Part shown: positions 17,896 through 27,341 of the stretch, in pieces
How the letters are laid out: each line of letters opens with the position of its first letter
How positions within the stretch are numbered: the stretch's first letter is position 1
Notes under the pieces: generated by a model
The model's database searches: none
The model's input: only the letters and a program-made list of their open reading frames with translations
Told to the model about the DNA's origin: nothing
Virus record (IMG/VR): IMGVR_UViG_3300032282_004842
Coordinates: 1-53,865 of that record
From: a virus
Lineage: Duplodnaviria; Caudoviricetes
Length of the DNA: 53,865 bases
Strand: one strand, 5' to 3'
Translations under genes and position numbers: made by a program

Positions 17896-20733
17896 TTAAA
17901 TATTATCAAATGAAGCTCCTGTTGGTGTTATTACAAACTCAACATCAATAAATTCAAGTGAACGAGTAGGTTTAATAAATATTTTACCTCTCAATGTATT
18001 TGCATCTATATCAGCTGGGTCGTTAGAAACCGTTACACGGAAATCATATAAACCTCTTTCTCTCTTAATTGCGTCTAATATTGGATTTACTAATCTCAAG
18101 AACTCATTACGAACTTGTTCATCATTTTGTTCAAATATCAATCTAACGGCAACTGCTGAAATTAATTTTCTTGCTCTCAATAATAATCTTCTTACATTAA
18201 TTCTATCAAGCGCTGATTCTCTTACTTGAAGAGTTTTGTTACCCCAAATAATTGTGCCAGTATCAGAGAATGTGGCGATTGGGTTAATTCTATTTTTGTA
18301 AAGTTCATCTCTTTCATCAAGTGTTAATTTCTTAACAGCTTTAATTGATTTAACTAAACCTCTTGAATAACCAGCAACTGCGAACCAAGGAAAAGATACG
18401 TTATCTGTTAATGCGATATTTCTCACTACCTCACCTGTAGGTGGAATATAAAGTTGAGTTGCGTTATCTACATCTCTAATTTGAATCCAAGGGAAGTAAG
18501 TAGCTGAATAGTTTGTATCCATTGCCACACCGTCTAATGCTCCCACTACCTCATCAACAGTACTATAATTAGGTGAACCAATTATATAAAGTGAATCCGC
18601 TCTATCTCCTTCAACCATATCGATTGAGTAAGATGTTAATGAACTATGGTCGTAGAAATTAATACCAGGTGTAGCAAATATGTTGATATCAACCGCTTCA
18701 GGGTTACCGAAAGTATCAATACCTTTAACATATGAATAGTAGTCACTATTTCCTGATGTTGTACTGAATACACCACCGTTGTTTGTATTTCCTGAAACAT
18801 AAGTTTTCTTACCAAAGATATAACCGTCACCATAAGTTCTTACATTTCTGTAGATATCCCAACCATCGAAACCTCCACATAATGCAAATGTAAATTTACG
18901 GTAGTTGATATTTGTTAAGAAATTATCTGCTCCTGTTTGTCCTTCTAAATCATAAGGTGTGGTTAAGAATGTTGTACCTGTAATTGTTGACGCATTTGTT
19001 GATAAATGGAAACCTTTAGTAGTGTCGGCGGCAGCTTTACCTTTATATTTTAACAAATCATCATCATATCCTGTTTGAGTTGAGAATCCTAAACATACTT
19101 TTTTAACTTTATCACCTGAAGTTGTTATTGATGAACCGTCAGAATTATATCCTATAACATCACCAGCATTGTAGTATTCTGTTTTATACATAACAGAACC
19201 TATAGTACTACTACCAAAGTTTGAGTTACTTACAAATCCTTTAAAACCTGATGGGTACGCATCTGTTGGGTGATTACTGGCCATATTCAACATGATGTAT
19301 TTTGAATTTAATTCATATTCAGTATCCGATGTACCAACTTTCTTAGCAATATAACCCGGTACATCTGGATTCATTGAACACCTTGTGAATTTCTCAAGAA
19401 CAACCATATTGTCATCAGTATCATAGTAATCACGAACTAAAAAGTCAAATTCGTAAGTATCTAAATCAATGTTAACAACTGAAATTTTAAGTTGTGTGTT
19501 TGAATCCTCACCGTCAGAAATTGTTATTACTTCAAATAAATCTGCAACATTACCACCTCTAACTTCAGAAACAACAGTTGGTGACATTGGTGTATCCCAC
19601 TCTGTTAAGAAATTATTGGTTTCTGTATTGTAAACTTCAGTTAAACTGATACCTCTAATATAACCTTGTTGAAATGCTTGTAATAAATATTTTGGATATG
19701 ATTCGTAAACATAAATTGGAACATCTGTTTTTAATTTATCATATACATCAACACCCAAAACTTTTGTAACATATTTTGATGATGTTGTATCTAAACTACA
19801 AGTAAATGTTTTCGCTCCACTTGTAGAACCTGTTACATTAACTGTAAATTCAGATAATGGGTTAACCACTAAATCTGAACCAGAAATATTAAAGTTAGAA
19901 TTTGATGTAACTTCTAAATTTAAAGTTTGTCCCGCATATGAACCTCTTGACCTGAAAGCGGCAACAACTTGACCGTCGTAATCACTATATGTGGTTGCGT
20001 TGTACGTGTATCTTGTCACATTAAATCGACTTGTTCCACTACTGTAAACAAATAGGTATGAATATACTTCAGTACCTGCAGTATTAACTAATGTATTATA
20101 CCACTCTTTTGAGTTGTAATTATTTGCGTTATCCAAACCTGTTAATGGTGAGATAACTTCAGTTCCGGTTAAACCCGATGTCCCTGAATATGGTACATTA
20201 CCCAAAACAAACCAATTATTATTGTTACTTGAAGTGTTACCACTAAAGTTTGTAACAATGTAGTCAGTAATAGTGTTACCGTCATAAGCTTTCTTATCAG
20301 ATAAGAAAGTGTAGAAAGTACTACCTGTAATACCTGTTGTTGAAGGGATTGTAGTTCCGGTGGTAGTTCCACTTAACGAACCAACCTCAACACCTCCGAT
20401 TGTTTGAATCGCGAATGTTTTAACTGGTTTATATCCTGTTAAACCAAGAATTCTTGTTACAAATAATTGATTAGATTCTTGAAGATATGCTTTTGCCACA
20501 TAAGGTAATTCATATTTTGGATTATTATTGCCGTCTTTTTCCGGTGATGTACCTCCAAAATATAATTTAAATGCGTCGAAATCTGTTATTAATATTGGTT
20601 CGAAAGCGGGACCTCTTAAAGTTTCACCCACTAACCCTAATGTGCTCACCCCAACACTCTGTGCTACGAATGATAAATCTTTTTCCGATGTATACACACC
20701 TGGAGATACAAACACTTTATTTGAATTTGCCAT
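17896..20733 (-). CDS. Contractile tail sheath protein (T4 gp18-like)
   Basis: VSPGVYTSEKD N-terminus; YSATYFPW, PWFAVAGYSRG, LYKNRINPI, IWGNKTLQ..SALDRINVRRLL, FEQND, IKPTRSLEFI. Confidence 0.95.
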   Translation of the reverse strand: MANSNKVFVSPGVYTSEKDLSFVAQSVGVSTLGLVGETLRGPAFEPILITDFDAFKLYFGGTSPEKDGNNNPKYELPYVAKAYLQESNQLFVTRILGLTGYKPVKTFAIQTIGGVEVGSLSGTTTGTTIPSTTGITGSTFYTFLSDKKAYDGNTITDYIVTNFSGNTSSNNNNWFVLGNVPYSGTSGLTGTEVISPLTGLDNANNYNSKEWYNTLVNTAGTEVYSYLFVYSSGTSRFNVTRYTYNATTYSDYDGQVVAAFRSRGSYAGQTLNLEVTSNSNFNISGSDLVVNPLSEFTVNVTGSTSGAKTFTCSLDTTSSKYVTKVLGVDVYDKLKTDVPIYVYESYPKYLLQAFQQGYIRGISLTEVYNTETNNFLTEWDTPMSPTVVSEVRGGNVADLFEVITISDGEDSNTQLKISVVNIDLDTYEFDFLVRDYYDTDDNMVVLEKFTRCSMNPDVPGYIAKKVGTSDTEYELNSKYIMLNMASNHPTDAYPSGFKGFVSNSNFGSSTIGSVMYKTEYYNAGDVIGYNSDGSSITTSGDKVKKVCLGFSTQTGYDDDLLKYKGKAAADTTKGFHLSTNASTITGTTFLTTPYDLEGQTGADNFLTNINYRKFTFALCGGFDGWDIYRNVRTYGDGYIFGKKTYVSGNTNNGGVFSTTSGNSDYYSYVKGIDTFGNPEAVDINIFATPGINFYDHSSLTSYSIDMVEGDRADSLYIIGSPNYSTVDEVVGALDGVAMDTNYSATYFPWIQIRDVDNATQLYIPPTGEVVRNIALTDNVSFPWFAVAGYSRGLVKSIKAVKKLTLDERDELYKNRINPIATFSDTGTIIWGNKTLQVRESALDRINVRRLLLRARKLISAVAVRLIFEQNDEQVRNEFLRLVNPILDAIKRERGLYDFRVTVSNDPADIDANTLRGKIFIKPTRSLEFIDVEFVITPTGASFDNI

Positions 20734-20871
20734 TTTTTTTCTTGTTTGGTTAATTAATTTTTATTACTTTTCTATAAATATGTTTGTTTTTAGCAAAGAT
20801 TTCCTTGACTTTATTAAAAAATATCCTTATGGACACTAATTTATCCTTTAGTATCAATATTTATCTTTATC

Positions 20872-21048
20872 ATGGAAAATACCACCAAAAACATCAAGGT
20901 TAGTGAAAAACACCATAAGATGATAAAAGAATATTGCGATAAAAAAGGATTGAAAATTTATAAAATTGTTCAAAAATGGATTGATGAAACTTGTAAAGAA
21001 GATAAATCCATAGAAATACCAAAGAAAAAAGATATCTATGGTGATTAA
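20872..21048 (+). CDS. Small ribbon-helix-helix-like DNA-binding protein (58 aa, not in ORF track)
   Basis: MENTTKNIKVSEKHHKMIKEYCDKKGLKIYKIVQKWIDETCK...; alternating beta-strand then two helices separated by G; TATTTAT motif just upstream. Confidence 0.7.
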   Translation: MENTTKNIKVSEKHHKMIKEYCDKKGLKIYKIVQKWIDETCKEDKSIEIPKKKDIYGD

Positions 21049-21050
21049 TT

Positions 21051-22157
21051 TTAAGATTCGAAAGTTGAAGTTTTTGTTGTTGTAAAATCAAAATTACTTC
21101 TACCTATCGTATTAACCGTTAATCCACTAAAAGTATTAGTTTGACTTAAACCCGAATAAACACCATTAACAGTATATTCGGTCGTACCTGAAATTTGTTT
21201 AGGTTCAATAAATAATTTAACCGGTATTGTAACAGTACCTCCCGTTGTAACACCTAATATGTCGTCAAATGATATTTCAACCGTCTTATCAACTTTACGT
21301 GATGCAATTACGGAATATTGTGAAACAATTGAACCACTTGAATATGAACTTGTTATTGATAAGTTAATTTCTGGTCTTGGTGTACTACTTGACCTTAAAT
21401 CAGTCTCTACCATGGTTAAAATTCTATTGATTGCCGGTTTAACTTCAAACTCCTCTTCATCGATTAGGAATCCTAACATTGTAAAGGTGTAATTTTGGAT
21501 GTAAAATCTTCTACCGTCCAAAGTATCCATCGGGGTATTATCTTCGATTCTATCCAATACTATGGGTATAAAATGACCTTTTACAGATGTATATGATTGG
21601 CGAGATGAGAATTTTTGTAAAACAACCTTATTAAATTTATTAATGTCTCTAAATTTTGTGCAAACAATTGTCACATCAAAAGTTATATCAACCGCAATTG
21701 GTTGTGGTATTTTATAAATGTCAGCACCAAGTTGATTACCGTCCCATGTTGGAACACTAGCGTAAAAAAAATCTCTTCTATCGGGAATTGTTCTTTGTGC
21801 TGCCGGATTAGTTCCAAATTGAACATCTGGCTTTCTTACGATTGCAATAAATGGTAACTTAATATTACCATCATCATCCGAAAATGTCCAATTATTTGTG
21901 AACTCACCCCATCTTTGTATTGTTAATATTTTAGGAATAATAGGGATTTGATTACCGTCAGATACAACTTTGAAATTTTCTTTAACAAAATCAAGCATAC
22001 CCAAATCAAGGTCATCATGTAAAACTGAATCGGGTAAAAAGGTATCAGATTTTGTTATTCTTTCCAATAACTCTTTTCTTCTTCCAATGATGGAACCTTC
22101 CTCATTTTCAGGTTGACCGTAAACTTGTATATTATTTTTTTTCTTAGGTAATCCCAT
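21051..22157 (-). CDS. Tail terminator/sheath stabiliser (gp15-like) with C-terminal beta-rich extension
   Basis: LPFIAIVR, P.P.AVDITFDVTI..., position just upstream of the sheath gene. Confidence 0.55.
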   Translation of the reverse strand: MGLPKKKNNIQVYGQPENEEGSIIGRRKELLERITKSDTFLPDSVLHDDLDLGMLDFVKENFKVVSDGNQIPIIPKILTIQRWGEFTNNWTFSDDDGNIKLPFIAIVRKPDVQFGTNPAAQRTIPDRRDFFYASVPTWDGNQLGADIYKIPQPIAVDITFDVTIVCTKFRDINKFNKVVLQKFSSRQSYTSVKGHFIPIVLDRIEDNTPMDTLDGRRFYIQNYTFTMLGFLIDEEEFEVKPAINRILTMVETDLRSSSTPRPEINLSITSSYSSGSIVSQYSVIASRKVDKTVEISFDDILGVTTGGTVTIPVKLFIEPKQISGTTEYTVNGVYSGLSQTNTFSGLTVNTIGRSNFDFTTTKTSTFES

Positions 22158-22159
22158 TA

Positions 22160-22762
22160 TTATCCGTTTTTAACGTAATTGTAAAGTATTTCACTTATAT
22201 CCTCTTTACTACTATAATTACTATCTTTAATTTTTTTAATAAAAATATTAATTAGATTTTTATAATAATCTATGGGAATATTTTCGTAAGTTTTACTTAT
22301 ATTTGAGTTTATTTTGATTTTATCATCAAATAATTTATTAATTTCTCTTAATTTTCTAATTGCAAAATCATCAGCAACATTTTCCAAATATTTCATAAAT
22401 TTTGCACCTTCATCGACGGAAACATCACCATTATAAATTCCGAACATTTTATCAATACCATACTTTTTATATTGATATTGATGAGCAACTTCATGAAATA
22501 AGACATAAAGAAAATTTGATAATGGTAAATCTAATGATTTTTCATTAATAACAACTCTATCGACTAAAGACAAACCCATCGCACCATGTTTAAGTGATTC
22601 AATATTAATTTTTTGACATCCTGATTTTTTAACAAAATCACTTATAAAACGCATTAAATAAACGGAATCAGGATATCTTTCTGAAACTTTAACAGTTAAT
22701 TCATCAAACCCTTCCTGTTCTAACAGTAGTTTTAATTGGTTTTCATTTATTATTATTTTCAT
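22160..22762 (-). CDS. Zincin-like metalloprotease-motif protein with N-terminal MKIIINENQLKLLLEQ tag
   Basis: VLFHEVAHQYQ (HExxH) with downstream ENVADDFA. Confidence 0.6.
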   Translation of the reverse strand: MKIIINENQLKLLLEQEGFDELTVKVSERYPDSVYLMRFISDFVKKSGCQKINIESLKHGAMGLSLVDRVVINEKSLDLPLSNFLYVLFHEVAHQYQYKKYGIDKMFGIYNGDVSVDEGAKFMKYLENVADDFAIRKLREINKLFDDKIKINSNISKTYENIPIDYYKNLINIFIKKIKDSNYSSKEDISEILYNYVKNG

Positions 22763-23271
22763 ATCCCTCTAAATTCTGTTTCTTGTGCCGGAACGCAAAG
22801 TATCGTTCTATAGAATGGTTTATAACCAAACATATTATGTTTATTATCTGCGGTTAATTTACCATCATTAGATACAGTATAATATCTTATTTTTTCTTCA
22901 GATTCCGGATAACCAATGTAATCACCGTATCTAATATCTACTTTTAATTCATCTAAATGGTTTAGGTAAACCGATATTGTCATATTACCAGGTTCCAAAT
23001 ATCTATTTAAACCTTTAGTATAACTGTTATTTTTTGATTCTTCAACCTTAACTAAACCGTAAAATTCAACAGGTGGTAAAAATTTAATATCATCTTTACC
23101 CACTTCACCATATACCTCATCAGTGTCAGTTTTTTGTCTATCAACCCTAAATAATACCAATTTCATACCTAAATCACCATGTAAGTATTCTTCACCCATT
23201 CTAACATTTAAATCAAAGTCATCTTGGGAAAAAAATTTACTTATTCTCGTAATTGGGAGTCGATTATTCAT
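22759..23271 (-). CDS. Head closure/neck protein (gp14-like); start probably ATG 23271
   Basis: TDEVYGE...F.PPVE, GDYIGY; a TATTTAT motif lies just upstream of 23271, inside the longer ORF call. Confidence 0.6.
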   Translation of the reverse strand: MNNRLPITRISKFFSQDDFDLNVRMGEEYLHGDLGMKLVLFRVDRQKTDTDEVYGEVGKDDIKFLPPVEFYGLVKVEESKNNSYTKGLNRYLEPGNMTISVYLNHLDELKVDIRYGDYIGYPESEEKIRYYTVSNDGKLTADNKHNMFGYKPFYRTILCVPAQETEFRGI

Positions 23272-23321
23272 ATCAATAAATAGTTCCATTATTGATTATA
23301 ATTCTTTATATTTACTAATAT

Positions 23322-26210
23322 ATGCAAAGTACCATACCTGAAATAGAGGCGAGGGACATATTGACAAAGTATGAGGGTTTTAATAATTATTTATTAGAAT
23401 TCAAAAAAAAGTTCTTAGAAGTTAAGAATTTTAAGTTAACTCGTCCACAAGCTGAATATGTGATTAAGTACCACGAAGTAGTACCTCGTGTTGCAAAAAA
23501 GTATATCAACGTTGCATCAAATTTTGGTGAAAAACTGATGGAAGATAAACATCTTCCAAAAGTACCAGAAAAAATATGGTGTGAAAAATTATTATGTGAA
23601 AGTGATAAAGCTTATCATATTTGGGGTAGGGTAAATGAAAGTGAGAAAAACTACGCAATGTGGTTACCCAAATCATCCATAATTCAAGAAGAAAAAAAAT
23701 TAAATAGAGAAGTCGATTATTCACCATATTCAAAGAGACCACCAATGGAACATCAAAAAGTTGCCATTGAAAAATTATTGGCAAATGATAGGTATATCCT
23801 TGCAGATGATATGGGCCTCGGTAAAGCAGAATTTGTTGAAAATAAAGTATTTACACCTTATGGTAGAAAAAGAATTGGTGACTTAAAAATTGGTGATGAA
23901 GTTATAGGTAGTGATGGTAAAAAATGTAATGTTCAAGGTGTCTATCCTCAAGGAATTAAAGATTTATATAGAGTAACATTTAACGATGGTGTTTCTGTCT
24001 TAGTCTGTAAAGAACATTTGTTTTCTGTTAGGGCACGAAGTTTTGGTCATAATACTAAAAATTCTCGTAATAAAAAAGAAATTGTTTTATCTATTGGTCA
24101 AATGATTGATGAAGAATTATTTTTAGAAGTCTCAGGTGAGAAAAATAATATTAATAGAAATTATAAATTTAAAACTTATTTTAAGGAAAAAGGGGGTAAT
24201 AGTAAGTGGCAAATACCTATTGTTAAACCAATTGAATTTAATTCTAACGAATTGGAATTAAACCCTTATTTATTAGGGTTGATTTTAGGTGATGGGGGTA
24301 TAACACAAAAAGGTGTTTCTTTTACAACTGAGGATGTTGAAATTGTTAATTATATTAAACCTATTTTACCTGAAAATTCACAAATTACGGAAAATAAAAA
24401 TTCAAAATATGGTTATAGATTAACAAAAAAAACAGGACATACTAATCCGATAATTCAAATTTTAAAAGAATTAAATTTGATGGGTTGCGGTTCGCATAAT
24501 AAATTTATTCCAACCAAATATAAATACTCATCAATTAATGATAGATTAGAAATTTTAAAAGGTTTAATGGATACTGATGGGACTTGTTCTATCGGTAAAA
24601 AAGGAAATTTTGAAGGGACTGAATTTTCAACAGTATCAGAAAGATTGTGTGATGATGTTATTGAAATTGTTCATAGTTTAGGTGGTATTGCCAGAAAAAA
24701 AAGTAGAACAACTAACTATACATATAAGGGTGAAAAAAAAGAAGGTAAAAAATCTTATAGAGTTAATATAAAATTACCATCAGGGATGAATCCATTTAAA
24801 CTTAAAAGAAAATACGATTTATACAATACTCCCGAAAAATATAAGGTTGGTAGATATATTAAAGATATTAAATTTGAGGGTAATGGTGAGGCCATTTGTA
24901 TTTCAGTAGATTCTCCTGATAAATTGTATGTAACTGAACACGCAATTGTTACTCATAATACAACATCCGCAATCATTGCGTCCATGGAAAGTGGAGCAAA
25001 AAAAGTTCTTATCATTTGTCCAGCATCATTAAAGATTAACTGGCAAAGGGAGATTGAAAACTATTCTGATAAAAAAGTTTTAATTGTTGAGGGTAAAAAG
25101 TGGGGGTCTACTTTTGATTATTACATCATAAATTACGATATAATTAAAAATTACCATTCTATGGAATCGGTTGCTTTAGGTGAAGAAATACGACAACCAA
25201 TACTAAAAGAAAAATTTGATTTAGTTATCATCGATGAGGCCCACATGATATCTAACCCAACGGCAAACAGAACCAAATTAATTAATGATATAGTTGAAAA
25301 GATACCTAAAGTTTGGTTATTATCAGGAACACCAATGACATCAAGACCAATAAATTATTATAATATTCTTAAAATTGTTAATTCCCCTATTGCATTAAAT
25401 TGGCAGACGTATGTAAAAAGATACTGCGGTGGATATCAATTTACTGTTAATGGTAAAAAGATTTGGAATACGGGTGGCGCAACTAATTTAGACGAACTAA
25501 GAGAAAGGACTAAAAATATTGTTCTTAGAAGAATGAAAACGGATATATTAGATTTACCAGATAAAATCATCACACCTATATTTTTAGATTTGAAAAGTAC
25601 TTTCTATGATGAAGAATTGGAAGACTTCATGAGGATTACTAATGAGAATAAAAATAAAGAATCGTTAAGTATTACTATTAATCGACTAATGAAGGTTAGA
25701 CAGGTTATATCATATGAAAAGGTGGAGTACACTTCGGAAATCATTGATAGATGTTTGGAACAGGGTAAAAAGGTTATTGTATTCACAAACTTCACAATGA
25801 CACTTGATATGTTACACGAAAAATACAAAAAGAATTCGGTCGTTCTTGATGGTAGAATGTCAAAAGAAAAAAGACAACAGAGTGTTGATAGATTTCAGAG
25901 TGAAGATAAGGTAAAGATTTTTATTTCAAATATTATTGCCGGTGGAGTGGGAATTACATTAACTGAAGCTGAGGTTGTAATTATGAATGACTTATCATTT
26001 GTTCCAGCTCACCATAGTCAAGCGGAAGATAGGGCGTTTAGATACGGACAAAAGAAAAATGTAATGGTTTATTACCCGATATTTGAAAATACGATGGAAA
26101 AAATTGTATATAATATTTTAAATAAGAAAAAGAACATTATTGACCAAGTAATGGGTGATGGGGATTTTTCAGAAAGTTTTGCAACATCTTTACTTAAAGA
26201 GTTGGTTTAA
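23322..26210 (+). CDS. SNF2/SWI2-family (HARP/SMARCAL1-like) helicase containing an intein
   Basis: LADDMGLGK/T, ICPASLKINW, IIDEAH, LSGTP, GVGITLT, QAEDRAFRYGQ. Confidence 0.92.
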   Translation: MQSTIPEIEARDILTKYEGFNNYLLEFKKKFLEVKNFKLTRPQAEYVIKYHEVVPRVAKKYINVASNFGEKLMEDKHLPKVPEKIWCEKLLCESDKAYHIWGRVNESEKNYAMWLPKSSIIQEEKKLNREVDYSPYSKRPPMEHQKVAIEKLLANDRYILADDMGLGKAEFVENKVFTPYGRKRIGDLKIGDEVIGSDGKKCNVQGVYPQGIKDLYRVTFNDGVSVLVCKEHLFSVRARSFGHNTKNSRNKKEIVLSIGQMIDEELFLEVSGEKNNINRNYKFKTYFKEKGGNSKWQIPIVKPIEFNSNELELNPYLLGLILGDGGITQKGVSFTTEDVEIVNYIKPILPENSQITENKNSKYGYRLTKKTGHTNPIIQILKELNLMGCGSHNKFIPTKYKYSSINDRLEILKGLMDTDGTCSIGKKGNFEGTEFSTVSERLCDDVIEIVHSLGGIARKKSRTTNYTYKGEKKEGKKSYRVNIKLPSGMNPFKLKRKYDLYNTPEKYKVGRYIKDIKFEGNGEAICISVDSPDKLYVTEHAIVTHNTTSAIIASMESGAKKVLIICPASLKINWQREIENYSDKKVLIVEGKKWGSTFDYYIINYDIIKNYHSMESVALGEEIRQPILKEKFDLVIIDEAHMISNPTANRTKLINDIVEKIPKVWLLSGTPMTSRPINYYNILKIVNSPIALNWQTYVKRYCGGYQFTVNGKKIWNTGGATNLDELRERTKNIVLRRMKTDILDLPDKIITPIFLDLKSTFYDEELEDFMRITNENKNKESLSITINRLMKVRQVISYEKVEYTSEIIDRCLEQGKKVIVFTNFTMTLDMLHEKYKKNSVVLDGRMSKEKRQQSVDRFQSEDKVKIFISNIIAGGVGITLTEAEVVIMNDLSFVPAHHSQAEDRAFRYGQKKNVMVYYPIFENTMEKIVYNILNKKKNIIDQVMGDGDFSESFATSLLKELV
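23826..24959 (+). mobile_element. Intein (378 aa) with LAGLIDADG homing endonuclease, inserted in Walker A
   Basis: GLGK|AEFVENKVFTP...CISVDSPDKLYVTEHAIVTHN|T; LLGLILGDG and LKGLMDTDG motifs. Confidence 0.92.
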
Positions 26211-26408
26211 ATCCTCAAATTTTTTATTGATTAGTTTTTTCAGATTTTTATCTTTTTCATTTACGATGTTAATCGTTATTTTTCTTTCAGGTTCAATAGA
26301 AAATTCAATAAAGTTTTCTTCACCTTCTTTTTGATACACAAATTCCATATTGTTTTTTGAAGACAATATTAAAATTTCATTTAATTTATTAGGGATAAAA
26401 TTTTTCAT
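26190..26408 (-). CDS. Hypothetical protein (72 aa)
   Basis: ORF overlapping its upstream neighbour on the same strand. Confidence 0.5.
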   Translation of the reverse strand: MKNFIPNKLNEILILSSKNNMEFVYQKEGEENFIEFSIEPERKITINIVNEKDKNLKKLINKKFEDLNQLFK

Positions 26409-27303
26409 TAACTTTTAAATTTATTGGGAAGAATACACCATCTTTAGTCCATTCCATCTCATTTTTATCGTTTTTTAATATAAGTATTCTGTAATCGTCA
26501 CAAACAAAAACATATAAATTACATTTAGATGTTTGACTTAATGCTGAATTAACTAAATAACCACCATTGACTGATGTTAAATCACATGTACCCTTTATTT
26601 GGTGTTTTAAAACTTTGTCATCACTATGTTTAGTCCAAACATCAACTCCTTTTTTTCTGTCTTCAAAATCACCAAGTCCGCCCGACTCTTTTATGTCTAC
26701 AATATCATTAAAAAAATCATGTATTTTATCAACATAAAATTTTTGTGTATTATCTCCTCTTGACATTGTGTTTGAACATATTTCAACCATGGTATCAAAA
26801 ATTTCATTACCTGGTAAAAATATCTTACTTTTAAAATGGTCGACAATAATTAATAGTTTTTTAAATCTATGTATTGTCTCTTTCTCGTCTTTTAATGTCT
26901 CTTCATCAATAATAATTGGGTCTTTATATGAAAAAGTCTCATCTAATATCTTAATACTTTCAATACCCTTTTTTCTATATAAATTTAAAATTGATAAATT
27001 ACATCTATTAAATAAAACCTCTTGACAAGAATAATTCGTATCAAATAAATTTTGAATTGCCCAATTTCCATTTTCATCCAAAACCCCCAAATCGACATCT
27101 TTTGATTTTGGATTCTGACCCCACAAACCTAATGGACTGTAAAGTTCTTTCAATATTCTGTTGATTTCTATTGAAATTGGTATTTTGTACGCATTTTTTC
27201 TTTGTACTTGTAACATAACTTCTCTTGAAACTGATGTTTTACACAATGGGTCTATGGTAATATTCTTCAGTCTTTCTTTTATGTCCATTTTATTATTCAT
27301 CAT
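26389..27303 (-). CDS. Hypothetical protein with possible PD-(D/E)xK nuclease-like C-terminal domain
   Basis: EDRKKGVDVW....HQIKG pattern. Confidence 0.45.
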   Translation of the reverse strand: MMNNKMDIKERLKNITIDPLCKTSVSREVMLQVQRKNAYKIPISIEINRILKELYSPLGLWGQNPKSKDVDLGVLDENGNWAIQNLFDTNYSCQEVLFNRCNLSILNLYRKKGIESIKILDETFSYKDPIIIDEETLKDEKETIHRFKKLLIIVDHFKSKIFLPGNEIFDTMVEICSNTMSRGDNTQKFYVDKIHDFFNDIVDIKESGGLGDFEDRKKGVDVWTKHSDDKVLKHQIKGTCDLTSVNGGYLVNSALSQTSKCNLYVFVCDDYRILILKNDKNEMEWTKDGVFFPINLKVNEKFYP

Positions 27304-27341
27304 AAACTAAAATATACAGATATTTATTAATAAAAACAAAT

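Noticed and set aside
9152-20733. Bacterial extracellular contractile injection system or T6SS
   Set aside because: Neck proteins, polB, SSB, helicase and a late sigma in the same window indicate a bona fide phage
20900-21091. 63-aa minus-strand ORF in the track
   Set aside because: Antisense to the better-supported RHH-like gene at 20872-21048
23272-23289. Longer start (MELFID) for the gp14-like gene
   Set aside because: These codons contain the TATTTAT promoter motif; ATG at 23271 fits the spacing seen elsewhere
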